From the NCBI GenBank assembly GCA_963833225.1, contig CAWHXD010000007.1, forward strand, positions 448,001-512,000: a stretch of DNA of 64,000 nt, read 5' to 3'. The notes under the pieces were generated by a model that worked only from the letters and a program-made list of their open reading frames with translations, did not search any database and had not been told where the DNA came from. The translations under genes and the position numbers were made by a program. The DNA comes from an uncultured Chloroflexia bacterium (lineage in GTDB: Bacteria > Chloroflexota > Limnocylindria > Limnocylindrales > CSP1-4). The first letter of the stretch is position 1. Each line of letters starts with the position of its first letter. Below are positions 28,144 to 37,491 of the stretch, piece after piece.

Positions 28144-28500
28144 TCAGTCCCCCAGGAGCGTGCCCTGGTGGAAGCGGACCTGCCAGCGGCCACCGCGCAG
28201 GACCCACAGGCTGGACCGCCTGGAGGGGCGTGGTGGACCCAGCCGGTAGGTGGCGAGCGCAACGCCCGGTGCGAGCTCGGCGACGGCAAAGTCCAGCAGC
28301 TCCACGAGGTCCGCGGCGGGCTCGCGGTCGAGCGCCACCCGGATCTCGGGGGCGGTCCACGTCCGCCCGCTCGCGCCGAACTCGGTGAAGTCGTCGGCGA
28401 TCAGCGCGGCAAGCCCGCCATCGATCCCGGCCGGGTCCGCGGACGCGAGCGCGGCCTCGAGGCGGTACAGGGTCGTGGCGAGGTCCCGATCGTCCGTCAT
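28144..28500 (-). CDS. DUF4440 / NTF2-like protein
   Basis: LIADDFTEFGASGR..RSSLW..WQVRFHQGT. Confidence 0.9.
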   Translation of the reverse strand: MTDDRDLATTLYRLEAALASADPAGIDGGLAALIADDFTEFGASGRTWTAPEIRVALDREPAADLVELLDFAVAELAPGVALATYRLGPPRPSRRSSLWVLRGGRWQVRFHQGTLLGD

Positions 28501-28555
28501 GCGTGGCTCCTGCGGCAGTGGCGTCCCAGACCATGATCGGGGATCATCGGTTTCG

Positions 28556-29113
28556 ATGACCACCCTTGGCCCAGTGCCGGTCTCGATCCGCCGCGCCACC
28601 TCGCCCGAGCTGTCCGCCACGGACCTCGCGCAGCTGCTCGACCTGTTCCATGCGTGCTGGCCGGGTGGTGGCTTCGCTCCCGAGGACGTGGACCACGCGC
28701 TGGGCGGCGTTCACTGGATCGCGGAGGTGCGGGGCCGGATCGTGGGCCACGCGAGCGTGGTGCCGCGGACGCTCGAGGCGGGTGACATCCCGCTGGCGAC
28801 GGGCTACGTCGAGGCGGTCGCCACGCACCCGGACTGGCAGCGGCGCGGCATCGCGAGCCGGCTGATGGCGGACGCCGATGCCCACATCGCGGAGGCCTAC
28901 GCCCTCGGCGCGCTGTCCACGAGCGTCCCGGCCTTGTACGCCCGCCTCGGCTGGGAGCGTTGGCGCGGGCCGACGTTCGTGCGCACGCCGGACGGCCCGA
29001 TGCGGACCGCGGACGAGGACGACGGGGTCATGATCCTGCGGACGCCCCGGACCCCGCGGTTGCGGGGCGACGAGCCGCTCAGCTGCGAATGGCGACCGGG
29101 GGACGTCTGGTAG
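28556..29113 (+). CDS. GNAT acetyltransferase, aminoglycoside 2'-N-acetyltransferase AAC(2')-I-like
   Basis: DHALGGVH, GHASVVPR, GYVEAVA, LGALS, GWERWRGPT and C-terminal CEWRPGDVW. Confidence 0.85.
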   Translation: MTTLGPVPVSIRRATSPELSATDLAQLLDLFHACWPGGGFAPEDVDHALGGVHWIAEVRGRIVGHASVVPRTLEAGDIPLATGYVEAVATHPDWQRRGIASRLMADADAHIAEAYALGALSTSVPALYARLGWERWRGPTFVRTPDGPMRTADEDDGVMILRTPRTPRLRGDEPLSCEWRPGDVW

Positions 29114-29147
29114 GGCTGGCCGATGCCCGCGCGGCGCTGGGCCGCCG

Positions 29148-29711
29148 TCAGGCCTTCCGGACCTCGTCGCCGACGCGGACCATGCCACCCCGCACCACCC
29201 TGGTGTTCACGCCTCGCATCCGGAGCTCCCGACCCACCGGTCCGTTGATCCAGCGCAGGGCGTCGGCTCCGAATCGTTCCCTGAACTGCGAGCATCCGGT
29301 ATGGGGGGTCTCGCTCACCTCGAGCACGGCCTCACCGATCGCGAGCCGGCTCCCGGGCGGCAGGTTGGGGATCGACAGGTCCGCGTCCACCAGCAGCTGG
29401 TCCCCTGCGAGCGGCCAGCGGGAGCGGTCGGGCTCGATCGCGGCCAGGACCCGGGTGCTCATGATCGTGACCTGCGAATCCGGGTTGGCCGAGCCGTCCG
29501 GGCGCGAGGAGCTTCCCCTCGAGCGCCAGTTGTCACCGATGACGCCCTCGGCGATGTCGATCATGGCCTCGGTGACGACGTCGCGCTGTCCCGGGGCGGT
29601 CCGGAGGACGAGCAGCTCGACCCGGCCGCCGTCGGCGGGGGCTGCCCGGACGACGTCCAGGAACGGGTCAAAGTCACGAGTCGGGGCGGGGGTGGCGGGC
29701 ATCGGGTCCAT
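29148..29711 (-). CDS. MOSC domain protein
   Basis: AGDQLLVD.DLS..NLPPGSRLAIGEAVLEVSETPHTGC..RGVNTRVVRGG. Confidence 0.9.
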   Translation of the reverse strand: MDPMPATPAPTRDFDPFLDVVRAAPADGGRVELLVLRTAPGQRDVVTEAMIDIAEGVIGDNWRSRGSSSRPDGSANPDSQVTIMSTRVLAAIEPDRSRWPLAGDQLLVDADLSIPNLPPGSRLAIGEAVLEVSETPHTGCSQFRERFGADALRWINGPVGRELRMRGVNTRVVRGGMVRVGDEVRKA

Positions 29712-29814
29712 GCCGCGCAGTGTCGCTCAACCCGGCCAGGCGTGCCCGCCGGCGGCGCGGTGTGGCTGGTCGCGGCCACTGGCCGGGGGCCCGGATCTGG
29801 CGCATCCTAGGGCC

Positions 29815-30759
29815 ATGACGACACCCTGGTTCGGCCTCCACCTGCCCCTCTACACCTTCCCCGATACACCGCCCGAGCGGCTGTTCGACCGTGTTGTCGA
29901 GCAGGCGCGCGCCGCCGAGGCGGCCGGCCTCTCGCTGCTCACGGTGATGGACCACCTCAACCAGATCCCGGGCGTCGGGCGCCAGGACGAGCCGATGCTC
30001 GAGGGCTGGTCCGTGCTCTCGGCGCTTGCCCGCGAGACGGAGCGGATCCGCCTGGGCACGCTCGTGTCCGGCGTGACCTACCGGAACCCGGCGCTGCTCG
30101 CGAAGACCGCGACCACGCTCGACGTCCTGTCCGGCGGGCGGGCGGTGTTCGGGTTCGGGGCGGCCTGGTTCGAGGCGGAGCACGAGAGCTTCGGGTTCGA
30201 CTTCCCGCCGATCGGCGAGCGCATGGACCGGCTCGACGAGGCGCTGACCATCGTGCGCGGCATGTTCGGCGCTGAGCGATCCTCGTTCGAGGGGCGGTTC
30301 TACCGGACGCGCGACGTCATCAACGTCCCGAGGCCGGTCCAGGCCGGCGGCCCGCCCATCCTCGTCGGCGGCGGTGGCGAGCAGCGCACCCTCCGGATCG
30401 CCGCCCGTCACGCGGACATGACCCACTGGTTCCCCCTCGGGCTCGATGTCCTTGCCCGCAAGACCGGGCTGCTCGCCGGGTACTGCGAGTCCATCGGGCG
30501 CGACCCGGCCGAAATTGAACGGACCCTGGCCGCGCCGGTCGTGGTCGCGGCAACGGAGGCGGAGGCCCGCTCGATGTGGGAGGAGCTCCCCCCGGAGCGG
30601 CGCGCGGATGTCACCTTCGGGACCCCGGAGGCGGCTGCCGAGGGTCTCCGACCGTACCTCGACGCGGGCTTCACCGGGTTCACGTTCCGCAACAACGCCC
30701 ATCGGACGGCGGACCAGATCGGGGTGCTCGGCGAGCTTCTGCGACTGGTTCAGGGCTAG
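29815..30759 (+). CDS. LLM-class, probably F420-dependent, oxidoreductase
   Basis: VMDHL, LGTLVSGVTYRNPALLAK, DVLSGGR, PPILVGGGGE. Confidence 0.92.
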   Translation: MTTPWFGLHLPLYTFPDTPPERLFDRVVEQARAAEAAGLSLLTVMDHLNQIPGVGRQDEPMLEGWSVLSALARETERIRLGTLVSGVTYRNPALLAKTATTLDVLSGGRAVFGFGAAWFEAEHESFGFDFPPIGERMDRLDEALTIVRGMFGAERSSFEGRFYRTRDVINVPRPVQAGGPPILVGGGGEQRTLRIAARHADMTHWFPLGLDVLARKTGLLAGYCESIGRDPAEIERTLAAPVVVAATEAEARSMWEELPPERRADVTFGTPEAAAEGLRPYLDAGFTGFTFRNNAHRTADQIGVLGELLRLVQG

Positions 30760-30868
30760 CCCGCGAAGCCAGCTCTTCGCGGCGAGCTCCCCGCGTCGAG
30801 CTCCTCGCGGCCGCTCCGTTGCCGTATCGTTCCGTCATCACAGCCCGCGCTCACGGAGCCTGACGGAC

Positions 30869-31717
30869 GTGGAGATCGCCCTCGCCGAACCCCGGATCTA
30901 TGCGCTCGAGCCGCGCCTGCCCGTCGACGAGCTCCGGCATCGCGCGGAGGAGAAGAAGACGGGCGCGCTTGGGAGCGGCATCGGCGGCCTCATCGGGCGC
31001 CCCAGGCCGGAGGACGTGGTCCTGACCGCGAGCCAGCGCCGCGTGGAGCCGATCTGGCACGTGGCCTGCACCGCCCACTACGTCTACGACCGGGTGCGGC
31101 TCTACACCGTGCCGGCCAGCGCGAATGACGTCCGCTCGGTGACCGTGCTCGGATCGGACTACCCGGTCACGCCGCCCGGCAAGGGTCCGGGCGTGTTCGG
31201 TGTGGAGGTCCTGGAGCACTGCACCGAGGACATCCGCGATGAGCTGGTCGTGGATGGCATGACCGGCTCCGTGATGGGCAACGGCTCGGCCCTGCTGGCG
31301 GGCGACCGGACCGAGGTTGCGGACCCGTCCGCGCTGGCGGCCGACGACACGCTGGTCCTCGCCCCCGAGCAGCGGGCGTCGGCGATCGTGCGCCAGCTGC
31401 TGGCGAAGCTGCTCAAGCCGCTCCAGGCAGACACCGTGTTCGAGGAGTCGCTGGCTGTCGAGGTCCTGGAGCTGTGCTACCGGCCGATCTGGGCATTCGA
31501 GTTCCACCTGCCCGCGAAGGACCGGCGGGGCGTGGTGGAGGTGGATGGGCTGACCGGCGAGACGCGGACGGCCGGCGCCCTCCAGGTCCGGCAGCTGGCG
31601 CGACGGGTGAGCAAGGAAGCGTTGTTCGACATCGGCGCGGACACGGTGGGCCTGATCGTCCCGGGTGGGTCGGTCGCGGTCAAGCTGGCCCGGGTGGCGA
31701 TCGACCGCAGCTATTGA
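30869..31717 (+). CDS. Hypothetical protein
   Basis: Long GC3-biased ORF with YRPIWAFEF..EVDGLTGE..LFDIGADTVGLIVPGGS. Confidence 0.75.
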   Translation: MEIALAEPRIYALEPRLPVDELRHRAEEKKTGALGSGIGGLIGRPRPEDVVLTASQRRVEPIWHVACTAHYVYDRVRLYTVPASANDVRSVTVLGSDYPVTPPGKGPGVFGVEVLEHCTEDIRDELVVDGMTGSVMGNGSALLAGDRTEVADPSALAADDTLVLAPEQRASAIVRQLLAKLLKPLQADTVFEESLAVEVLELCYRPIWAFEFHLPAKDRRGVVEVDGLTGETRTAGALQVRQLARRVSKEALFDIGADTVGLIVPGGSVAVKLARVAIDRSY

Positions 31718-31724
31718 GCCGCCT

Positions 31725-33149
31725 GTGACCGTGAGCACCACCGCGACCCCGGCGCGGACGGCTGACCTGTTTGCTCCCAGCCTGCGCGGCCTGACGCTCG
31801 GGCTCGTCTCGACGATCACGCTCGTCGCGCTGGAGTCGCTCGCGATCGGGACCGTGATGCCGATCGTTGCCGAGGAGCTGGGCGACCTCGCGCTGTACGG
31901 CTGGGTCTACTCGGCGTTCTTCCTCGGCAACCTCGTGGGGATCGTGATCGCCGGCGGGGCGCTGGACCGGATGCCGCTCCACCGCCCGTTCGCGGCGGGC
32001 CTCGCGCTGTTCGCCCTGGGGCTGCTGGGCGGGGGGCTGGCGCCGTCGATGCCCGTGCTCGTGCTCGCGCGGTTCGTGCAGGGGCTGGGGGGCGGGGCCG
32101 TGGGACCCACGGCGTACACCGCGATCGGCCGCTGCCTCCCCGAGCGCCTCCAGCCCCGGATGTTCGCCATGCTGTCCACGGCCTGGGTGGTACCCGGGAT
32201 CATCGGGCCTACGCTGGCGGCCGTGGTCGGCGAGCTGACCAGCTGGCGCTGGGTGTTCCTTGGTCTCCTGCCCATGCTCCTGGTCGCGGGCGGCCTGGCG
32301 TTCCAGGCGCTCCGTCGCGTGGACGGCTCCAGCCCGGGCGCCATCCCCGCGGGTCATCGCAGCGTGGCCCGCTTCGTCCGCGCCGTGGCTGCCGCCGGTG
32401 GCGCGGGCCTCCTGGTCGCCGCGCTGGGGGCAGAGGCGCCGCTGGTGATCGTCGCGGGGACGCTTGCCGGTGCCGCGATCCTGCTTCCGGCGTTCCGCTC
32501 GCTCACGCCGCCTGGCACGCTGGTGCTGGCCCTGGGTGTCCCGGCGGCGGTCCTGCTGCGCGCCGTGATGACGTTTGCCTTCTTCGCGTCGGACGCCTAC
32601 ATCCCGCTGCTGCTCCAGACCTGGCGGGGGACACCGGCCACGCTCACGGGCCTCGTGTTCACGGCCACGACCGTGGCCTGGACCGCGGGCACCTGGTACC
32701 AGGCCCGGCACATCGACAGACGCGGCCCGGTCGTGTTCGTCGCGCTCGGGTTTGCCGCCGTCGGCCTCGGCGCCGCGCTCACCCTGCCGGCGCTGATCCC
32801 GGGCGTCCCCCCCGAGATCGCGCTCCTCACCTGGATCCCGCCCGGGATCGGCATGGGGCTGATGTACTCGGCGGTCACGCTGGTGGTGCTGCGCGGTGTC
32901 AGCCACGCGGAGCAGGGGAGCGCCGCCTCCTCGATCCAGCTCGCGGACATCCTGGGCACAGCCCTCGGGACCGGGGTGGCCGGCGCCATCACGGCTGCCG
33001 GCGAGCGAGCCGGCCCCGAGGGGCTGGGCTGGGCGCTCGCGGCGGTGCTCTCGATGACCGTGGTCGTGAGCGTGCTGGGGCTTGCCGGCTCGCGCCGCCT
33101 GGGGCCTGCATCTGCCTCGCAGGCCGGATGGGGGGCTGCGGTAGACTAG
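31725..33149 (+). CDS. MFS transporter
   Basis: 12-14 TM; LYGWVYSAFFL, ARFVQGLGGG, WRWVFLG. Confidence 0.9.
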   Translation: MTVSTTATPARTADLFAPSLRGLTLGLVSTITLVALESLAIGTVMPIVAEELGDLALYGWVYSAFFLGNLVGIVIAGGALDRMPLHRPFAAGLALFALGLLGGGLAPSMPVLVLARFVQGLGGGAVGPTAYTAIGRCLPERLQPRMFAMLSTAWVVPGIIGPTLAAVVGELTSWRWVFLGLLPMLLVAGGLAFQALRRVDGSSPGAIPAGHRSVARFVRAVAAAGGAGLLVAALGAEAPLVIVAGTLAGAAILLPAFRSLTPPGTLVLALGVPAAVLLRAVMTFAFFASDAYIPLLLQTWRGTPATLTGLVFTATTVAWTAGTWYQARHIDRRGPVVFVALGFAAVGLGAALTLPALIPGVPPEIALLTWIPPGIGMGLMYSAVTLVVLRGVSHAEQGSAASSIQLADILGTALGTGVAGAITAAGERAGPEGLGWALAAVLSMTVVVSVLGLAGSRRLGPASASQAGWGAAVD

Positions 33150-33214
33150 CGATGCGGCTCGCCCAGCGCCCTGGGTCTGGCCCCCGCATCACCACGTTGA
33201 GGTTTCCGACCCGA

Positions 33215-33736
33215 ATGTCCGCCGAGACGCTTCGCGCGAAGATCCGCGAGATCCCCGACTTCCCGAAGCCCGGCATCCTGTTCTACGACATCACCACGCT
33301 GCTCAAGGACCCGGCTTCCTACAAGGAGTCGATCGACCTCATGCTCGAGCCCTACCGGGACGAGCACGTGGACATCGTGGTGGGCATGGAATCGCGCGGC
33401 TTCATCTTCTCCGCCCCGATGGCCTACCAGCTGGGGACCGGCCTCGTCCCAGTCCGCAAGCTGGGCAAGCTGCCGGCCGAAACGCTGACGGTGGAGTACG
33501 CCCTGGAGTACGGCTCCAACACCCTGGAGATCCACCGGGACGCGATCGCCCCCGGGCAGCGGGTGCTCATCGTGGACGACCTCCTCGCCACCGGCGGCAC
33601 GGTGCGCGGGACGATCGAGCTGATCGAGCGCCTGAAGGGCGAGGTCGTCGGGCTGGCGTTCCTCGTGGAGCTCGACTTCCTCAAGGGTCGTGAGCGGCTG
33701 GAGGGCCGCAAGGTCACCAGCGTCATCCAGTACTGA
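33215..33736 (+). CDS. apt: Adenine phosphoribosyltransferase
   Basis: IPDFPKPGILFYDIT, ESRGF, RKLGKLP, YALEYG, VLIVDDLLATGGT. Confidence 0.97.
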   Translation: MSAETLRAKIREIPDFPKPGILFYDITTLLKDPASYKESIDLMLEPYRDEHVDIVVGMESRGFIFSAPMAYQLGTGLVPVRKLGKLPAETLTVEYALEYGSNTLEIHRDAIAPGQRVLIVDDLLATGGTVRGTIELIERLKGEVVGLAFLVELDFLKGRERLEGRKVTSVIQY

Positions 33737-33780
33737 GCCGGTGAGCGCGGCCGCGCGACCCACCGGCGCCGGGACCCCAC

Positions 33781-35226
33781 GTGAGCGAACCCGTCAAGCC
33801 CCCTGATCCCGACCGTCGACGCTTCTTCCGGCAGTTTGCCGGCGACGTCGCCACGTCCGTTGGCTCGGTGATGGGCGCGGCGCAGACGCTCCAGGCGTCG
33901 TCCACCGAGGCCGCCCGCGAACTGCTCGGCAACCCACCCGCCGCGTTCGCGGGAGCCGGGGTGACGGTCGGCGGCCTGACCACGCTGACCACGGCCGCCC
34001 CCTCGCTGGAGCCGCAGGATGCCTCGACGGCCGGCTGGCGAACCCCGTTCCGCTGGGACGGCGACGTCTGCCGGATCGTCGACCAGCGTCGCCTCCCGGA
34101 CACGCTCGTGGACATCGAGCTGCGCGGCACGGTGGACGCCGTCAGCGCGATCAACGACGGCGCGTTGGTGGGGACGCTCGTCCAGGCCCAGGTCGGTGCG
34201 GTCGTCCTCGCGCTGGTTGCCAAGAACGGCACCGCGTCGCGGTCGTTCGCCCGGCGGGCGACGATCCGGGGTGCCGCGAACGCGCTCCGACTCGCCCGGC
34301 CTGGCTCGGCCGCCATGGGTGCCGTGGTGGACCGCATGCTGGCGCTGCTGGAGCTGGCCGGCCTCGACGCATCCGGCGACGAGGTGGCGGCGCTGTTCCA
34401 CGACGAGGCGGAACACGTGATCGGCGAGGCGATCGAGGACCACGGCAGCGTCGTTGGCCACCTGGTCGGGGTGCTGCCCGGCGGCCCCGCGGATCCACTG
34501 CACGTGCTGGTGGCAGGGAGCACGGGAGCGATGGGCGGCGGCCAGTACGGGACCGCCCTGTCCGCGGTGCAGGCGGTCCATCACGCCGGGCGGCCGGTCC
34601 ACGCCATGGTCACCGAGGGCCGCCCGCGCTTTGAAGGTTCCCGGATCGCCGCCTGGGAGCTCCGACAGGCCGGGGTTCCGCACGCGGTGGTGACCGATGG
34701 GGCGGCCCCGGGCTGCATCGCGGCGGGCGAGGTCGAGGCGGTGCTCGTGGGCGCAGACCGGATCGTCGCCAACGGCGACGTGATCGTGACCGCCGGGGCG
34801 TACCCGCTCGCGCTCGCGTCCGCCGCGGCCGGCATCCCGTTCATCGTGTGTGCCCCGACCAACGTCCTGGACCTCGCGCTGGCCGATGGCGGCGCCGCAA
34901 CGATCGAGGAAGGGCGGCCGACCCCCGTCCTGCGCGCCGGCGGCAGCCGAATCGCCCCGGAGGGAACCCAGGTCCGCAACCCGGTCCAGGACCTGGTGCC
35001 GGCATCGCTCGTCACCGCCATCGTCACCGACGCGGGCGTGGCCCGGGCGCCATTTCGCGATCCGCTGGCGGCTGCCGCGGCGGCAGCTGCCGAGCGGCGC
35101 ACCCGGGCCGCGGGCTACGCGGCGCTGGTCGCCCAGCGCGCGGCCGCGTCGACGATGCCCAACACGACGCCCGCGCCGGTTGACCTTGCCGCCCTCCGCA
35201 ACCCGCCGCGGAATCCGGGGCCCTGA
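33781..35226 (+). CDS. MtnA/eIF-2B-family protein with a degenerate active site
   Basis: DQRRLP, GTAL, EGRP..GSRIAAWEL and GADRIVANGD are present; VRGAP, THCN and NKIG are absent. Confidence 0.85.
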   Translation: MSEPVKPPDPDRRRFFRQFAGDVATSVGSVMGAAQTLQASSTEAARELLGNPPAAFAGAGVTVGGLTTLTTAAPSLEPQDASTAGWRTPFRWDGDVCRIVDQRRLPDTLVDIELRGTVDAVSAINDGALVGTLVQAQVGAVVLALVAKNGTASRSFARRATIRGAANALRLARPGSAAMGAVVDRMLALLELAGLDASGDEVAALFHDEAEHVIGEAIEDHGSVVGHLVGVLPGGPADPLHVLVAGSTGAMGGGQYGTALSAVQAVHHAGRPVHAMVTEGRPRFEGSRIAAWELRQAGVPHAVVTDGAAPGCIAAGEVEAVLVGADRIVANGDVIVTAGAYPLALASAAAGIPFIVCAPTNVLDLALADGGAATIEEGRPTPVLRAGGSRIAPEGTQVRNPVQDLVPASLVTAIVTDAGVARAPFRDPLAAAAAAAAERRTRAAGYAALVAQRAAASTMPNTTPAPVDLAALRNPPRNPGP

Positions 35227-36215
35227 TGGCCACCGCGGCGATCGGCTCCCGGGCAGGTGTGCTCGCTCGCAGCACCACCGATCGGGTGCGCTTGCGCGAG
35301 TTCCTTGAGCGGGACCGCCTGTTCGCCGCCTACGCGATCTGTGACCTCTCGGAGCGCGAGTTCAGCCGGACCCGGTGGGGCATCGCCACGTCGGGTGACG
35401 AGCTGATCGCGGTCGCCCTCGAGTACAGCGGCGTGACTCCCCAGCCGATGTTCGTGATGGGCGAGCCCGACGGGATCGCGGCCATCCTGCGTGACGTGGT
35501 CCGGCCGCGGGTGGCGTATGTCGCAGCCCTGTCGGAGTCGATTCCGGCGGTCACCCAGCACTACCGGCTGGAACCCGGGCCTGAGATGGTCCGGATGTGG
35601 GTCGACCGCACCAGCTTCCAGCCGACGACCGCCCAGGTCGAGCGCCTCCTGCCCGTGGACGCCCACGACCTCAACCGCCTCTACCAGCTGGGGTTCGCGG
35701 CATGGCTGCCGCCGTCCGCCATCACGGAGGGCGTCTACTACGGCATCCGAGTCAACGGCCGGCTCGTCGCCGCGGCCGGGACCCACGTCATCGGTCGGGA
35801 GGCCGGTCTCGCGGTCGTTGGCAACGTGCTGACCCACGTCGACCACCGCGGGCGCGGATACGCCAAGGCCGTCACCAGCGCCGTGACCGCCGAGCTCCTC
35901 CGGTCGTGCGACCAGGTGGTCCTCAACGTCCGCGCCGACAACCCGCCGGCGATCGCCGCCTACCGGCACCTCGGCTACCGGGACCACTGCCGCTTCGAGG
36001 AGCGCCTCGCCCGGCGGACGACCCCGTCCTGGCCCGACATCATGGCTCCGTTCCGGCGGCTGTTCGCGGCCTGGCGTCCGGGGCCCGATGAGCCCGCCAC
36101 CGTGGACCAGGCCCACCAGATGTGGCCGGCTCCGACCGCCGCTCCCTTGCCATCCGATCAGATGCCGGCGCTGTCCGCCGACGATGAACCCGCCAGTTCC
36201 CAGGAGCTCACATGA
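35226..36215 (+). CDS. GNAT acetyltransferase (FR47-like, two-domain)
   Basis: [39 protein letters not shown]. Confidence 0.88.
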   Translation: MATAAIGSRAGVLARSTTDRVRLREFLERDRLFAAYAICDLSEREFSRTRWGIATSGDELIAVALEYSGVTPQPMFVMGEPDGIAAILRDVVRPRVAYVAALSESIPAVTQHYRLEPGPEMVRMWVDRTSFQPTTAQVERLLPVDAHDLNRLYQLGFAAWLPPSAITEGVYYGIRVNGRLVAAAGTHVIGREAGLAVVGNVLTHVDHRGRGYAKAVTSAVTAELLRSCDQVVLNVRADNPPAIAAYRHLGYRDHCRFEERLARRTTPSWPDIMAPFRRLFAAWRPGPDEPATVDQAHQMWPAPTAAPLPSDQMPALSADDEPASSQELT

Positions 36216-37489
36216 CCGACGCCGCCACCCATGTCCCACACGACGTGACCGACCTCTCGCTTGTCGACGAGGGCGTGCGCCGCATCGAGTGGGCGGAGCG
36301 GGAGATGCCCGTCCTGCGCCTGATCCGCGAGCGGTTCGAGCGCGAGAAGCCGCTCGCCGGCATCCGGATCGGCGCCTGCCTCCACGTCACCACCGAGACG
36401 GCGAACCTGATGCGCACCCTGGCCTCGGGGGGCGCGGCGGTGCACCTGGCGGCCTCCAACCCGCTGTCGACCCAGGACTGGACAGCCGCCGCCCTCGTGG
36501 CCGCCTATGGCATCTCGACCTACGCCCGCCGCGGCGAGGACAACGCGACGTACTACGCCCATCTGCGCGCGGTGGCGGACGTCCACCCGCAGATCACGAT
36601 GGACGATGGCTGCGACCTGGTGTCGCTGCTCCACAAGGAGCGCCGCGACCAGCTGCCCGAGATCATGGCCGGGACCGAGGAGACGACCACCGGTGTGATC
36701 CGCCTGCGGGCGATGGCCGCCGACAACGCGCTCGCCTTCCCGGTCGTCGCGGTCAACGAGGCGGAGACCAAGCACCTGTTCGACAATCGCTACGGGACCG
36801 GCCAGTCCACGATCGACGGCATCCTGCGGGCGACCAACATCCTGATCGCCGGCCGCAACGTGGCGATCGCGGGCTACGGCTGGGTTGGACGCGGCATCGC
36901 GTCACGCATGGCCGGTCACGGGGCCCACGTGGCCATCATCGAGGTGAACCCGGTCCGGGCGATCGAGGCGCTGATGGACGGCTACCAGGTCATGACCGCC
37001 GGCCAGGCGGCGTCCTGGGGCGACCTGTTCGTGTCGGCGACCGGCAACCTCAACGTGTTCCGGCGCGAGCACTTCGCCGCCATGCGGGACGGCGCGATCA
37101 TGGCCAACTCCGGCCACTTTGACGCCGAGCTGGACCTGCCGGCGCTGCGCGAGATGGCCGAGGGCCACGTCCGCGACGTGCGCCCCAACGTGCAGGAGTA
37201 CGACCTCGGTGGCAAGCGGCTCAACCTCATCGCCGAGGGGCGGCTCGTGAACCTCGGCGCGGCCGAGGGTCATCCGGCGGCCGTGATGGACATGAGCTTC
37301 GCGAACCAGGCGCTGGCGGCGGAGTACGTCGCCCGGCACCACGCGGAGCTGGAGCCGCGGGTCTACAACGTGCCGGAGGCCATCGACGCCGAGGTCGCGC
37401 GGCTCAAGCTGGCGGCGATGGGCATCACCCTCGATCCCATGACCCCCGAGCAGCTGGCCTACGTGTCCTCCTGGCAGCAGGGGACCTAG
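36212..37489 (+). CDS. ahcY: Adenosylhomocysteinase
   Basis: [53 protein letters not shown]. Confidence 0.97.
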   Translation: MTDAATHVPHDVTDLSLVDEGVRRIEWAEREMPVLRLIRERFEREKPLAGIRIGACLHVTTETANLMRTLASGGAAVHLAASNPLSTQDWTAAALVAAYGISTYARRGEDNATYYAHLRAVADVHPQITMDDGCDLVSLLHKERRDQLPEIMAGTEETTTGVIRLRAMAADNALAFPVVAVNEAETKHLFDNRYGTGQSTIDGILRATNILIAGRNVAIAGYGWVGRGIASRMAGHGAHVAIIEVNPVRAIEALMDGYQVMTAGQAASWGDLFVSATGNLNVFRREHFAAMRDGAIMANSGHFDAELDLPALREMAEGHVRDVRPNVQEYDLGGKRLNLIAEGRLVNLGAAEGHPAAVMDMSFANQALAAEYVARHHAELEPRVYNVPEAIDAEVARLKLAAMGITLDPMTPEQLAYVSSWQQGT

Positions 37490-37491
37490 GC

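Noticed and set aside
33811-33840. Tat export signal (DRRRFF) on the MtnA-like protein
   Set aside because: A twin-arginine-like motif is present but the following segment is weakly hydrophobic with no clear cleavage site; not supportable without prediction tools.
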